Both the position numbers and the translations under genes were made by a program. Shown here in pieces: positions 21,030 to 30,594 of a DNA stretch of 64,000 bases. Where the stretch lies: assembly GCA_041577295.1 (NCBI GenBank), contig JBFGJG010000003.1:128001-192000 (forward strand). The letters run 5' to 3'. The notes below the pieces were generated by a model. That model saw only the letters and a list, made by a program, of their open reading frames with translations. It did not search any database and was not told the DNA's origin. The stretch is from Gemmatimonadales bacterium (GTDB taxonomy: Bacteria; Gemmatimonadota; Gemmatimonadetes; Gemmatimonadales; GWC2-71-9). Numbering within the stretch: position 1 is the first letter of the stretch; each line of letters opens with the position of its first letter.

Positions 21030-22104
21030 GGATCGCTCCGCCTCGATTTCGCAGATGTTGTCCGCCTCGTCCCGTGTGAACCGCGAGCAGCTCCGCGACG
21101 ATGCTCAGCGCCACCTGTTCCGGTCCGTCCGCCCCCACGTCGATGCCGACCGGTCCATACACGCGTTCGGTACGCTGGCCGCCAGCCCACTGCACGATCT
21201 CTCCGGTCCGCTCGCGCGGTCCCAGCACGCCGACGTACCCAATGGCAGATGCGAGCAACCGCTTCACCCATTCGCGATCGTGAATGAGCGAGTGATTCAT
21301 GACGACCGCGTAGGAGTGTGCGTGAAGGGGCAGTCCAGCAAGATCGTCCTCGGAATGCAACCGCTCCAGCCGCAACGCACTCGGAAAACGATCGCTCGAC
21401 AGATACGCCGGTCGGTGATCGACGACGATGACGCGAAATCCCATCTGGGCGGCGAGACTCACCAACGGCATCGCATCGTCGCCGGCGCCTACCACGAGCA
21501 ACCACGGCGGCGGAACGAAAGTGTCGGTGAACAGCCGATGTTCGCCGAGGTCCTGCACGTTGGATTGCCCGTTCCCGATGGAAATCCGCGCGGCGTCGAT
21601 CGCGAGCGTGTCCAGGAGGGCGCTGCCGGTGGACTCCACGTGGGCGCGCTGGGTGGTGACGAGGGCACCACCATGGTGGCTCGGCCCGTCGATGACCGTC
21701 GTTACCGCAAACGGGGCGTCTTGGCTCAGCAACTCGGCGAGTTGGCGCACCAGCGCGAGCTTCTCGGGGGTGGAAAATGGCTGGATGAACACGTCGACCG
21801 AGCCGTTGCACCCGAGGCCCAGTCCCCAGACGGTGTGTTCATCCGTCCCGGTGTCGTAGTGGCGCAACCGGGGCTTGTTCTCGCGCAGCACCTGTAGCGC
21901 CACCTCACGCACATCCGCTTCCAAACACCCGCCGCTCACCCCGCCGAGCGTGGACCCGCCGGTTTCGATGAGCAACTTGGCCCCGGGTCGCCGATAAGCG
22001 GAACCGTCGATGCGAACGACCGTCGCCAAGGCGGCCTCCCCACCGGCTGCGGCGAGGGCGAGCACGCGCTTGACAATCGTGGTTGTCTCGTGCCAATGCT
22101 TCAC
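21019..22104 (-). CDS. XdhC/CoxI-family accessory protein
   Basis: GSAYRRPGAKL, GGVSGGCLE, GLGCNG, YVGVLGPRERT, GPVGIDVGADGPEQVALSIVAE. Confidence 0.9.
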   Translation of the reverse strand: MKHWHETTTIVKRVLALAAAGGEAALATVVRIDGSAYRRPGAKLLIETGGSTLGGVSGGCLEADVREVALQVLRENKPRLRHYDTGTDEHTVWGLGLGCNGSVDVFIQPFSTPEKLALVRQLAELLSQDAPFAVTTVIDGPSHHGGALVTTQRAHVESTGSALLDTLAIDAARISIGNGQSNVQDLGEHRLFTDTFVPPPWLLVVGAGDDAMPLVSLAAQMGFRVIVVDHRPAYLSSDRFPSALRLERLHSEDDLAGLPLHAHSYAVVMNHSLIHDREWVKRLLASAIGYVGVLGPRERTGEIVQWAGGQRTERVYGPVGIDVGADGPEQVALSIVAELLAVHTGRGGQHLRNRGGAIHAG

Positions 22105-22444
22105 TAGGGTCTCCCGAGCAAGGTTACCCGGGCCCGGCGTGGACCGTCAACCGGTTCGACAGTCGCACACCGCGCATCGCGTCGCGACACGGGTTACCCA
22201 AAAAACGTGATATACGGCGGATTTCATGGTAGCGATCTTGCAGACACGTTGACGCGGTGCTAATGGTGCTATTGTGGCAAGCCGATATGAATAAATGACG
22301 GGAGGCATGGCAGGTTGTGTGGACCTTGGGACATCTTCATGGACACAGGGACACCGTAAGATGCCGTGCCACGCCGCCACAACACAGCTTAAGCCGTTGA
22401 AGGACATGACGTTGGAGTGGGTAAACGCGGGGTGAGTGGAACCT

Positions 22445-22459
22445 TGGCACGCTTTTGGC
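22445..22459 (+). promoter_or_regulatory. Putative sigma-54 (-24/-12) promoter
   Basis: TGGCACGCTTTTGGC versus consensus TGGCACG-N4-TTGC; GG and GC correctly spaced, ~58 nt upstream of ATG 22517. Confidence 0.55.
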
Positions 22460-22516
22460 GATTTACTGGGGTGGACATAGTGCTCGCGGTGAGCACTACC
22501 TGATTTGGAGCTGGCA

Positions 22517-22993
22517 ATGACTGGGTGCGTGGAAAGCCAAAGCTCGCTGCTGTATAAAGAGCTCGACGAGACGATCGACCGACTCGTTCCCGTCGTGGAG
22601 GAGATGTTCCAGCGGTTCGGAACGAGCGATCAAATCAGTAGCGAGCCACACGGTGCTGGGGTGATGGTCACCCTGCCAATGTCCTTCCCTGACGGTATCG
22701 GTCGGGGTGAGATTGTTGCCCGGCTGTTCCGCTATCGGGACGCGGTGCGCTTGGATGTGGAGATCGATCACAACCGGGTGTTCACAGAGCCTGATGGGTC
22801 GGCGTCGGACCGGCGCTGCTTCTTCAACGATTTCGTCGCGTCGGTTCGTTTGGATGCTGGCAGCGACAGCATCCCGATGGACTTCAAGCGACGCGTAATC
22901 GCGGGAATCAACGCCGCACGGGACGCGGTACAGCGATACAACCGTGCTCACCCTGAGCCGTGGAACGAAGTCAAGGTGGTCGCTGCGCGCTGA
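22517..22993 (+). CDS. Hypothetical protein
   Basis: Protein-like composition; GGAG upstream of the ATG; candidate sigma-54 promoter upstream. Confidence 0.65.
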   Translation: MTGCVESQSSLLYKELDETIDRLVPVVEEMFQRFGTSDQISSEPHGAGVMVTLPMSFPDGIGRGEIVARLFRYRDAVRLDVEIDHNRVFTEPDGSASDRRCFFNDFVASVRLDAGSDSIPMDFKRRVIAGINAARDAVQRYNRAHPEPWNEVKVVAAR

Positions 22994-23056
22994 CCAAACC
23001 AATGTGGCAATATCCAGGGACGGTGATGAAATCACCGTCCCTTTTTCTTTCAGCGG

Positions 23057-23998
23057 CTATTTGGTCACCTCAACCGCCACTGCTGCCCAGGAGCCCTCTG
23101 GGTGCAGCGTGTACCGCGCGTCGCCGATCCACACGAGAAACTCCTCCCCCAGGTCCTCCACCTGGTAATACGGAAACCGAGCCCAAGCGAGAAACCGCCG
23201 TACCCGCGGGCCACGGGTTGCTGCCGTAACGGCGTAGTGCGACGGGAACCGATCGAGGACGAGGCTGTCGATCTCGAGCCGTGGGGCGGGAAGCCAGCGC
23301 AGGGAACCGGTTCGATAGTGACGGCCGTCGTCCACCACGACATACCGGGTGAATGGCGAAACGGGCACGGGACCCACCATGATCCGCAGCGGCTGTACGT
23401 CACCGCCCTGCGTGAGCGTGGCGTGAACGATTCGACGTCCGAGTACGTTGGAGGCCGCCATTCCAGCGACGTAGAGTCCCATCAGACCAAGCGCGATCAA
23501 CGCCGGGCGTCCGGTTGCCGTGTCACCGGATCGACGGCGGCGAGACGCCAGCCATACGCCGGCCGACAGGACACCCCATACCCACGGATCGACAATGAAC
23601 AACGTGTCACCGTAGAACCACCGCGATGAGAACGGCATGAGCCACCGCATCCCATACACGTTGAGCGAGTCGAGCACCGGGTGGCTCAGGACCGCCAGCC
23701 CGGCCAGCAGGAGGATCTGGCGGGCTCGTACCGGCCGCGATCCTCCACTCCGGGCGAATCGAGCCCACAGCAGCATGACTCCCGTCAAGAGCAGGGGAAG
23801 CACCAGCAGCCCCAACACACCGTGAGTGGCACCCCGGCGGAACCAGAGGGCGTGCGTTGCGCTCCATGCGTACGCCAGTACATCGATGTCCGGGAGATTG
23901 ACGCCGATCAGCAGGGTGGCGGTGCCAAGCGCCGTGCGATCCGCTAAGCCACTGCGTGCCAACGTGGCACCTACGAGTGTATGAGTGACCGGATCCAC
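23057..23998 (-). CDS. Membrane-bound metal-dependent hydrolase (YdjM/DUF457 family)
   Basis: DPVTHTLVG, NLPDID, RRGATHG, LSHPVLDSLNVYG, FIVDP; GTG start. Confidence 0.88.
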   Translation of the reverse strand: MDPVTHTLVGATLARSGLADRTALGTATLLIGVNLPDIDVLAYAWSATHALWFRRGATHGVLGLLVLPLLLTGVMLLWARFARSGGSRPVRARQILLLAGLAVLSHPVLDSLNVYGMRWLMPFSSRWFYGDTLFIVDPWVWGVLSAGVWLASRRRRSGDTATGRPALIALGLMGLYVAGMAASNVLGRRIVHATLTQGGDVQPLRIMVGPVPVSPFTRYVVVDDGRHYRTGSLRWLPAPRLEIDSLVLDRFPSHYAVTAATRGPRVRRFLAWARFPYYQVEDLGEEFLVWIGDARYTLHPEGSWAAVAVEVTK

Positions 23999-24005
23999 GC
24001 GACCG

Positions 24006-24359
24006 TCAATCAGCCGGAGGATCCAACGGGTCGTCCTCCCTACGGACTTCCGTGCAACGCGGGCACGGACAGATGGCCCGAAGATACTCGTAGGTGTAGA
24101 TCCCAGTGTTGTGGCCGTCACTCCACTCGATACGGATGGCGTAGCTGCCAACGAGCCCAATTGCCAACGGCTTGAGGTCCGGCGGAACTGTGGAAGGATT
24201 GAGCAGTGGCGCGCCGGTCATCTCCTCCCGACAGACGGCGCAGTGACAGCCGAGTCGCAGTTCACGCGCGGGATAGTGGCTCACGTGATCACTCGACCAC
24301 GTGATGACCACCTCCCGCTCGCCGCGGTGGATGCGCTCGGGGATGGGAATCTCGTTCAC
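24006..24359 (-). CDS. DUF971 / gamma-butyrobetaine hydroxylase N-terminal-like protein
   Basis: LRLGCHCAVC, VGSYAIRIEWSDGHNTGIYTYEYLR, CPCPRC; GTGA overlap with osmC. Confidence 0.85.
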   Translation of the reverse strand: MNEIPIPERIHRGEREVVITWSSDHVSHYPARELRLGCHCAVCREEMTGAPLLNPSTVPPDLKPLAIGLVGSYAIRIEWSDGHNTGIYTYEYLRAICPCPRCTEVRREDDPLDPPAD

Positions 24360-24787
24360 GACTCCAGCTTGGCTTCCAACTCGAGCTTTACGCCTTGCTT
24401 GAGCGCCTTGGAAACGGGACAGTTGTTCTTCGCGTCTTCCGCTGCCTTGGCAAACGCACCTGCGTCCATCCCTGGTACCTTGGCTCGCACTTGGAGGCGC
24501 ATCGTTGTGATCTTTGGGGCACCCTCCACCATATCGAGGGTGCAGGCCGCATCGACCGTCACGCGCTCCGGTGTCTTTCCGGCTTTCTCGAGCGCGGCCG
24601 AAAGCGCCATGCTCAAACACGAAGCGTGTGCGGCCGCAATGAGTTCCTCGGGAGTAGTGCCTCTCGCACCCTCGAATCGCGTCGCAAACGTGTACTCGCC
24701 CGCAAACGCACCCGAGCCGGCTTTGAAGTGGCCTCTGCCGGATTTCAAACCACTGGTCCACGTTGCCGATGCCTTACTCGTCGTCAT
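24356..24787 (-). CDS. osmC: OsmC-family peroxiredoxin
   Basis: ASATW.G..K.G.G, TRFEG..GTTPEELIAAAHASCLSMAL, AKNNCPVSKAL. Confidence 0.93.
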   Translation of the reverse strand: MTTSKASATWTSGLKSGRGHFKAGSGAFAGEYTFATRFEGARGTTPEELIAAAHASCLSMALSAALEKAGKTPERVTVDAACTLDMVEGAPKITTMRLQVRAKVPGMDAGAFAKAAEDAKNNCPVSKALKQGVKLELEAKLES

Positions 24788-25845
24788 GAGGTCTCCTTGG
24801 TCGAAGGATTTGACCCGCGCGGGGTTCGTGCCACGCGGTCGGGGATATGGTGCAACTTCAACGCGAGGAATTGTCCCGCCTGCCGCTCCGCCCAGAACGC
24901 TGGAGCCCATGGGGGACCGCCCACGAATCCCACGTGACCCCCGTGCGGTGTGATGCATCCCGTGAGATGGGGATTGTCCCGGACCGCCGCGGACGGCACG
25001 GCGCTCCGGGGAAGAAAGGGATCGTCTCGTGAATGAATGATGAGCGTGGGAATACCGACGCCGGTGAGAAATTGACCGCTGCTCGATCGGCGATAGTAGT
25101 CCTCGGCGTCTTGGAACCCATGCAACACAGCAGTGGCAGCGTCATCGAATTCCCGAAAGGTCCGAGCGCCGAGTACCCGCCCAAGATCGACGTGATCGCG
25201 CATCAGGTCGATTTTCGCGCGGACTTTTCCCTGCAACCGCTTGAGGAGGTACTGGCGATAGACTCGTGAGAAGCCGCGCTCCAAGTAATCGGCGCCGCGG
25301 GAGAGGTCGAACGGGACAGAAATGGCGGCGGCGGCCTGCAAAGGGGCCGAGGTGATGCCGGCGCCCGCACCCCGCTCGCCGAGGTACTTGAGCAGCACGT
25401 TCCCACCGAGGGAGAACCCCACCGCTCCCAATCGGCGGCGCGGGAATCTGGACCGCAGCATCGTCAGCACATGCGCGATGTCGCCCGTGTCACCCGAGTG
25501 ATACAGCCGCGGCAACCGGTTCGGCTCGCCGCTGCACGAGCGAAAGTTCATCCCGACGGCCGCAACGTCGTGACGTATCAGGACACGATAGATCTCGAGC
25601 GCGTACGTCGATTGCGCGCATCCTTCCAGACCGTGCAGCATCACCACCAACGGCGTGTCTGATCGCGCCGTCACATCACCGACCGCCCCGACCCAGTCCA
25701 AATCGAGGAAGTCGCCGTCCGGCAACTCGACACGCTCCCGTGTGAATTTCACCCCTCCGCCCCGCCGCAGCATTCGCGCACCCAGCGTCTGGGCGTGGCT
25801 GCCCGGTAACCACCACGCGGGCCGAAATGTCTCGAGGTTCGTCAT
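24784..25845 (-). CDS. YheT-family alpha/beta hydrolase
   Basis: HAQT, DGDFLDLDW, HGLEG, GFSLGG nucleophile elbow, SRDDPF, GGHVGF. Confidence 0.9.
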   Translation of the reverse strand: MTNLETFRPAWWLPGSHAQTLGARMLRRGGGVKFTRERVELPDGDFLDLDWVGAVGDVTARSDTPLVVMLHGLEGCAQSTYALEIYRVLIRHDVAAVGMNFRSCSGEPNRLPRLYHSGDTGDIAHVLTMLRSRFPRRRLGAVGFSLGGNVLLKYLGERGAGAGITSAPLQAAAAISVPFDLSRGADYLERGFSRVYRQYLLKRLQGKVRAKIDLMRDHVDLGRVLGARTFREFDDAATAVLHGFQDAEDYYRRSSSGQFLTGVGIPTLIIHSRDDPFLPRSAVPSAAVRDNPHLTGCITPHGGHVGFVGGPPWAPAFWAERQAGQFLALKLHHIPDRVARTPRGSNPSTKETS

Positions 25846-25924
25846 GTGGCCGAAATAATAACCCGCGGGGGACGGTTGCGGCGCGGCCCCAGACCGCCGG
25901 GACCTTGCGTTACCTTTCGCCGCC

Positions 25925-26623
25925 ATGACCTCGACACCAGGTGAGCAAAGCGTGCTCGCATTCGATCACGTCTCCAAGGAATACGGCACGTTCGCGGCGG
26001 GTACGAAGTTCGCGCTCAAGGACGTCACCTTCGAGCTTCCGGCCGGCCGCCGGGTCGCCATCGTCGGTCGCAGTGGCAGCGGCAAGTCCACCCTCCTGCA
26101 TCTCGCGGCTGGGATCGATGTACCAAGCCGCGGCCGTGTGTTGGTCAGCGGCACCGACCTCTCGACTCTGTCTGAGCGAGAGCGAACGCTGCGGCGTCGA
26201 GCGAGCGTGGGGTTGGTGTTCCAATTCTTCTACTTGCTACCGCACCTCTCGGTCTGGGAAAACGTCGCGCTGCCGGAGCTGATCGCTGGAGGGCGACCCA
26301 AACAGTTCGGCGACCGCGTCATGGAGCTCTTGGACCGTGTCAGGCTCGCCGATCGCGCGCACGACACCGTGCAGCGTCTCTCGGGTGGTGAGATGCAGCG
26401 GGTTGCCATCTGCCGCGCGATTCTGCGCAAGCCCATGCTCCTCCTGGCTGACGAACCCACGGGAAACCTCGATGACGACACGGCCGGAGATGTGATGGAG
26501 CTCATGCTCCGATTGGCCACGGACGAGGGTTCGACGCTGGTCTATGTCACGCACAGCGATGAGGCGGCCCGACTCGCCGATGCCATCTGGCACCTCCACA
26601 GCGGCGAGCTCGATACGGGGTGA
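25925..26623 (+). CDS. ABC transporter ATP-binding protein (LolD/MacB-like)
   Basis: GRSGSGKST, LSGGEMQRVAI, LLADEPTGNLD, VTH. Confidence 0.95.
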   Translation: MTSTPGEQSVLAFDHVSKEYGTFAAGTKFALKDVTFELPAGRRVAIVGRSGSGKSTLLHLAAGIDVPSRGRVLVSGTDLSTLSERERTLRRRASVGLVFQFFYLLPHLSVWENVALPELIAGGRPKQFGDRVMELLDRVRLADRAHDTVQRLSGGEMQRVAICRAILRKPMLLLADEPTGNLDDDTAGDVMELMLRLATDEGSTLVYVTHSDEAARLADAIWHLHSGELDTG

Positions 26624-29145
26624 TCCGTTATCTCGTTCGTGCCATGCGGGCACAGCTCCGGGCCGGTAAGAGCCTCTATCTCCTCGCCGTGATTGGCGTC
26701 GCCCTGGGCGTCGCGTCGGTTTTGGCAATCCAGATCATCAATCGCAACGCCGTGGCGGCCTTTCGCGGGAGTGTCCGAGCCGTCAGCGGCGAATCGGATC
26801 TCACGGTGGTCGGGCAGCTCCCTACGTTTGCCGAGAGCCTCTACGTGGTGACGCTCGCGCAGGCCGGCGTGCGGCAGGCGCTGCCCATCTATCGTGTGAA
26901 TGTGGCCGTGGCGGACCGCGATGGGCTCTTCCTCGAGATCGTCGGTGTCGATCTCTTTCAACCCACGGGGATTCCGCTCGACAGCGTCACTGGCGACGTC
27001 GCCGCAGCGCTGCGCACGCCAGGCTGGGTGGCCGTGACACCGGAGTTGGGTCGCGAGCTCGGCTGGCGGGTGAATACGGCCGTGGACGTGACGAGCGGCA
27101 CCTCGCGCTCGCGGCTCAGGGTTGGCGCCCTGGTGGATTTCAAACGGATTGCGCCGCTGGCGAGCCGTAAGCTCGCCGTCATGGACATCGCGCAGGCCCA
27201 AGCGCTGTTCGGTACCCGGGGACAAATCAACCAAATCGATGTCGAGCTCGACCCTGGGGCCGACCGCGCGCTGGTCATGGAAACCCTCAGCCAGGCGCTC
27301 GGCCCGAGCGTGGCCGTCCTGACCCCCGGTCAGCGGGAGGAGCGGGCCGCGGGACTGATGGGTGCGTTTCGCGTGAACCTCACCGCGCTCAGCATGATCA
27401 GTCTCTTCGTGGGCCTGTTTCTGGTGTACGCGAGCACACAAGCCTCGTTGGTTCGCCGTCGCACCGAGTTCGGTGTGCTGCGCTCGCTCGGAGCCACGCA
27501 ACGCCAAGTCTTTGGGTTGATCGCCCTCGAGGTCACCGTGCTGGGCGCCCTTGGCGTAGCCATCGGCATCCCTCTCGGATATCTCGTTGCGGCGGCCAAC
27601 GTCGATGTGGTCAGCAATACCCTCACCAACCTGTACCTCCTGAACGAGATCGAAGCGCTCACGCTCCCACCGTGGCTGTTCGTGTCGGCCGCCGCCATCG
27701 GCATTGTTGGGGCTGTGCTTGGCGCGCTGTGGCCATCGCTCGACATGAGCCGGCGCGATCCCGCAGCACTGCTCAGCGCCTTCACGCTGCATGAACGACT
27801 CGGCTCTCTTGCTGCCCCCCTCGCACTTAGTGGGGTGCTGGTGCTCGTGCTCACCGGCGGCTGGTACTGGCTGATCGGTCACGAATGGCAGCCCGCGGGT
27901 TTTGTGTTGGCCATCGGCCTCCTCGTGGGAATCCCGTTGTTGACCCCGGCGACGGTCCAGGCGCTGGCGTCGCCGACACGAGTGCGGCGGTTCTCGCTGG
28001 ACTACGCCATCCGCACCCTCACCGTGCGGCTGCATGGCACATCGGTCGCGGTCGCTGCCCTTGCCGTGGCGGTCAGCATGTTGACCGGCATCACGGTCAT
28101 GGTGGAGAGCTTTCGCCGGACGGTGGCGTTGTGGGTCGAGACCTCCGTCGCCGCAGACGTTTACGTCACGACACCCACCTCGGCGCGCTCGCCAGCAGGC
28201 GCGTCGCTCGATTCGCAGGTGGTGTCCGCCGCCGCTTCGTTGGGAGGTGTGGTGAGCGTGGACCGCCTCCGCGGATTCTTGGGATACATCGGCGACCGAC
28301 GGGTTTCAGTCGTGGGCGTGGACATGGGATCCGCTCTGCCGAGGGACCGGTTTCCCCTATTCAGGGGGGAGGCTGAGCGCGCGTGGCACCAAGTCCGCGA
28401 GGCGGGTGCCGTGCTCATCAGCGAGCCCCTCGCCCGCAAGGAACGACTCCAAGTGGGAGACTCCGTGACGCTCGCCGGGCCAGAGGGCCCCCTCAACTTC
28501 GCGGTGGCCGGTGTCTACTACGACTATTCCACCGAAGCGGGAGCCGTGGCGATGGATCGGCGCACGCTCGATGCGCGCTTTGGTCCGGGCCCGATCAACA
28601 GTGTGGCACTGTATCTGGAGGAAGGCCTCGACAGCGAGCAGTTTGCCGATCGCTTGCGGCAAGCGCTCCCCGGCGTGCCGCTGCTGGTCCGGAGCAATCA
28701 GCGACTGCGTACCGAGGTGATGCGCATCTTCGACGAAACGTTTGCTATCACGCGCGTGCTTCAGGCAATGAGTTTGCTCATCGCGGTGGCGGGCATCACG
28801 CTGACACTCCTCGTCATCGCGCGCGAACGCGTTTCGGAACTGGCGTTGTACCGGTCTTTGGGGGCCGTCCGGCACCAGATCTTCGGCCTATTCGTTGGTA
28901 AGGGGCTAATGATGGGTACCCTCGCGATCGGGTTGGGTGTGATCGGCGGTCTCCTCCTGGCCGCTGTCCTGGTTTTTGTCATCAACCGGCGGTACTTCGG
29001 GTGGACCATACAAGTCGACCTACCCCTTGGCATCCTGGCCGTCCAGATGGCCACCATCCTCGGTGCAACGATTGTGGCGAGCATCTACCCCGCTCTGCGA
29101 GCATCCCGAACGCCTGCGACACAATTGAGCCGTGATGATCTGTAA
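26620..29145 (+). CDS. FtsX/MacB-type ABC permease (duplicated, AttF/G-like)
   Basis: Two MacB-periplasmic/FtsX halves; RRTEFGVLRSLGA and RVSELALYRSLGA; VINRRYFGWT. Confidence 0.9.
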   Translation: MIRYLVRAMRAQLRAGKSLYLLAVIGVALGVASVLAIQIINRNAVAAFRGSVRAVSGESDLTVVGQLPTFAESLYVVTLAQAGVRQALPIYRVNVAVADRDGLFLEIVGVDLFQPTGIPLDSVTGDVAAALRTPGWVAVTPELGRELGWRVNTAVDVTSGTSRSRLRVGALVDFKRIAPLASRKLAVMDIAQAQALFGTRGQINQIDVELDPGADRALVMETLSQALGPSVAVLTPGQREERAAGLMGAFRVNLTALSMISLFVGLFLVYASTQASLVRRRTEFGVLRSLGATQRQVFGLIALEVTVLGALGVAIGIPLGYLVAAANVDVVSNTLTNLYLLNEIEALTLPPWLFVSAAAIGIVGAVLGALWPSLDMSRRDPAALLSAFTLHERLGSLAAPLALSGVLVLVLTGGWYWLIGHEWQPAGFVLAIGLLVGIPLLTPATVQALASPTRVRRFSLDYAIRTLTVRLHGTSVAVAALAVAVSMLTGITVMVESFRRTVALWVETSVAADVYVTTPTSARSPAGASLDSQVVSAAASLGGVVSVDRLRGFLGYIGDRRVSVVGVDMGSALPRDRFPLFRGEAERAWHQVREAGAVLISEPLARKERLQVGDSVTLAGPEGPLNFAVAGVYYDYSTEAGAVAMDRRTLDARFGPGPINSVALYLEEGLDSEQFADRLRQALPGVPLLVRSNQRLRTEVMRIFDETFAITRVLQAMSLLIAVAGITLTLLVIARERVSELALYRSLGAVRHQIFGLFVGKGLMMGTLAIGLGVIGGLLLAAVLVFVINRRYFGWTIQVDLPLGILAVQMATILGATIVASIYPALRASRTPATQLSRDDL

Positions 29146-30313
29146 ACGCTTCGCGTGGTGCGATCATGCCGCCGTTCGTCACGCGGTGCGCTTGCTGCTC
29201 ATCACGTGGTGCGGAAGTTCGGTGCCCCCCCCACCACTCGGCGCGCAGGAATCGACGTGGCGCGCCGCTACTCCGGATTATCGCTGGTCGTTTCCACGGG
29301 ACCATTGGGCGCACCCCGAGTACAAGACCGAGTGGTGGTATTTCACTGGTCACCTGGTCGATGACGCCGCTCCGGAGCGCCAATTTGGCTATCAGTTCAC
29401 GTTCTTTCGCGTGGGTGTCGTTCCAGACACGCTGACGATCGAGTCCGACTGGGCGAGTCGTCATTTGGTCATGGGTCACGCAGCGCTTACCGACATCACG
29501 ACAGGCCATCACGTCTTTTCCGAGCTGGTTTATCGTGCCACGCCGCTGCTTGGCGAATTTGGTGAGCCTGGTGACTCGCTGGTGGCATGGAGCCGCGCTC
29601 CCGTCGGGACCGACGGGCGGTGGTTACTCCGCTGGGATGGCGAGGGCTTCACCTTCTCGGCGCGCGACGATGCACGCAAGATCGCAATGGATCTCAGGAC
29701 CCGTCCCGACAAACCTCTGATCTTTCAGGGGCCCAATGGATACAGCCGGAAGGGCGACGGTCCCACGGCGGCCAGCCTGTATTACAGCTTCACACGACTC
29801 ACGACGACGGGAACGATCGAGTTTGACGGTCGGGTGACGCGGGTACGCGGGCTGAGCTGGATGGATAAGGAGTTTGGCTCCAATCAACTCGATCCGGATC
29901 AGGCGGGCTGGGACTGGTTCAGCCTGCAGTTTGAGGATGAGCGTGAGTTGATGGTGTACCGCCTGCGCGATCCTTCCGGAGCCACCGATTACGGTCTCGG
30001 CACTCTGATCGGTGTTGATGGATCCACACGATTTCTTGGTTTGCACGACTGGGAACTCGAACCCCTCGCCGAGTGGCGCAGTCCAGCCACCTCGGCGGCC
30101 TACCCGGCAGCCTGGAAGCTTACTGTTCCGGGCGCCGACATTGCGGTCGTGATCACACCTGAGGTTGCAAACCAGGAAAACGTCAGCCGTCTGATTCCTG
30201 ATTTGTTCTATTGGGAGGGCGCGGTCACGGTGCGAACGGAGGCCGGCAGATCGATCGGTCGAGGCTATGTCGAGCTCACCGGGTATGGTACGAGGAGCCG
30301 GCCGGCCATCTAA
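29132..30313 (+). CDS. Secreted AttH/CrtC-like lipocalin-fold protein
   Basis: FPRDHWAHPEYKTEWWYFTG, FGYQFTFFR, WMDKEF, GWDWFSLQ, YWEG, GYVELTGY; start uncertain. Confidence 0.88.
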   Translation: MMICKRFAWCDHAAVRHAVRLLLITWCGSSVPPPPLGAQESTWRAATPDYRWSFPRDHWAHPEYKTEWWYFTGHLVDDAAPERQFGYQFTFFRVGVVPDTLTIESDWASRHLVMGHAALTDITTGHHVFSELVYRATPLLGEFGEPGDSLVAWSRAPVGTDGRWLLRWDGEGFTFSARDDARKIAMDLRTRPDKPLIFQGPNGYSRKGDGPTAASLYYSFTRLTTTGTIEFDGRVTRVRGLSWMDKEFGSNQLDPDQAGWDWFSLQFEDERELMVYRLRDPSGATDYGLGTLIGVDGSTRFLGLHDWELEPLAEWRSPATSAAYPAAWKLTVPGADIAVVITPEVANQENVSRLIPDLFYWEGAVTVRTEAGRSIGRGYVELTGYGTRSRPAI

Positions 30314-30594
30314 CAAACCTCAGCCCGCGCTCCCATGTTCTTTAGTCACCGTGTACCTTTCACGAGGACGTTTTCGCGCGCCCACCGGAGCCACTTCGAG
30401 ACGTCACGGGCCGGCAATCACCTCACGCAAACGGTTCGTTTTCAGACTCTGGTTTGCGGGACCCCGATGGCACGGGATCAGGAACAAAAGCCAGGGTCTA
30501 GGCGTCTTACTAGCGGGAAGATTCGGCGGACCAGCCGAGACCGCGTGGCCGGTCGACCCGACGGCAGAGACGGAGCACGCAAGGGGGCATCGAG

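Noticed and set aside
26542..28035. 497-aa minus-strand ORF
   Set aside because: Antisense to the ABC permease; no recognisable features
30466..30500. ACAAAAGCCAGGG resembling a guanidine-I 3' end, and TGGCACG resembling a sigma-54 box
   Set aside because: The rest of the riboswitch core is absent and the -12 GC is missing
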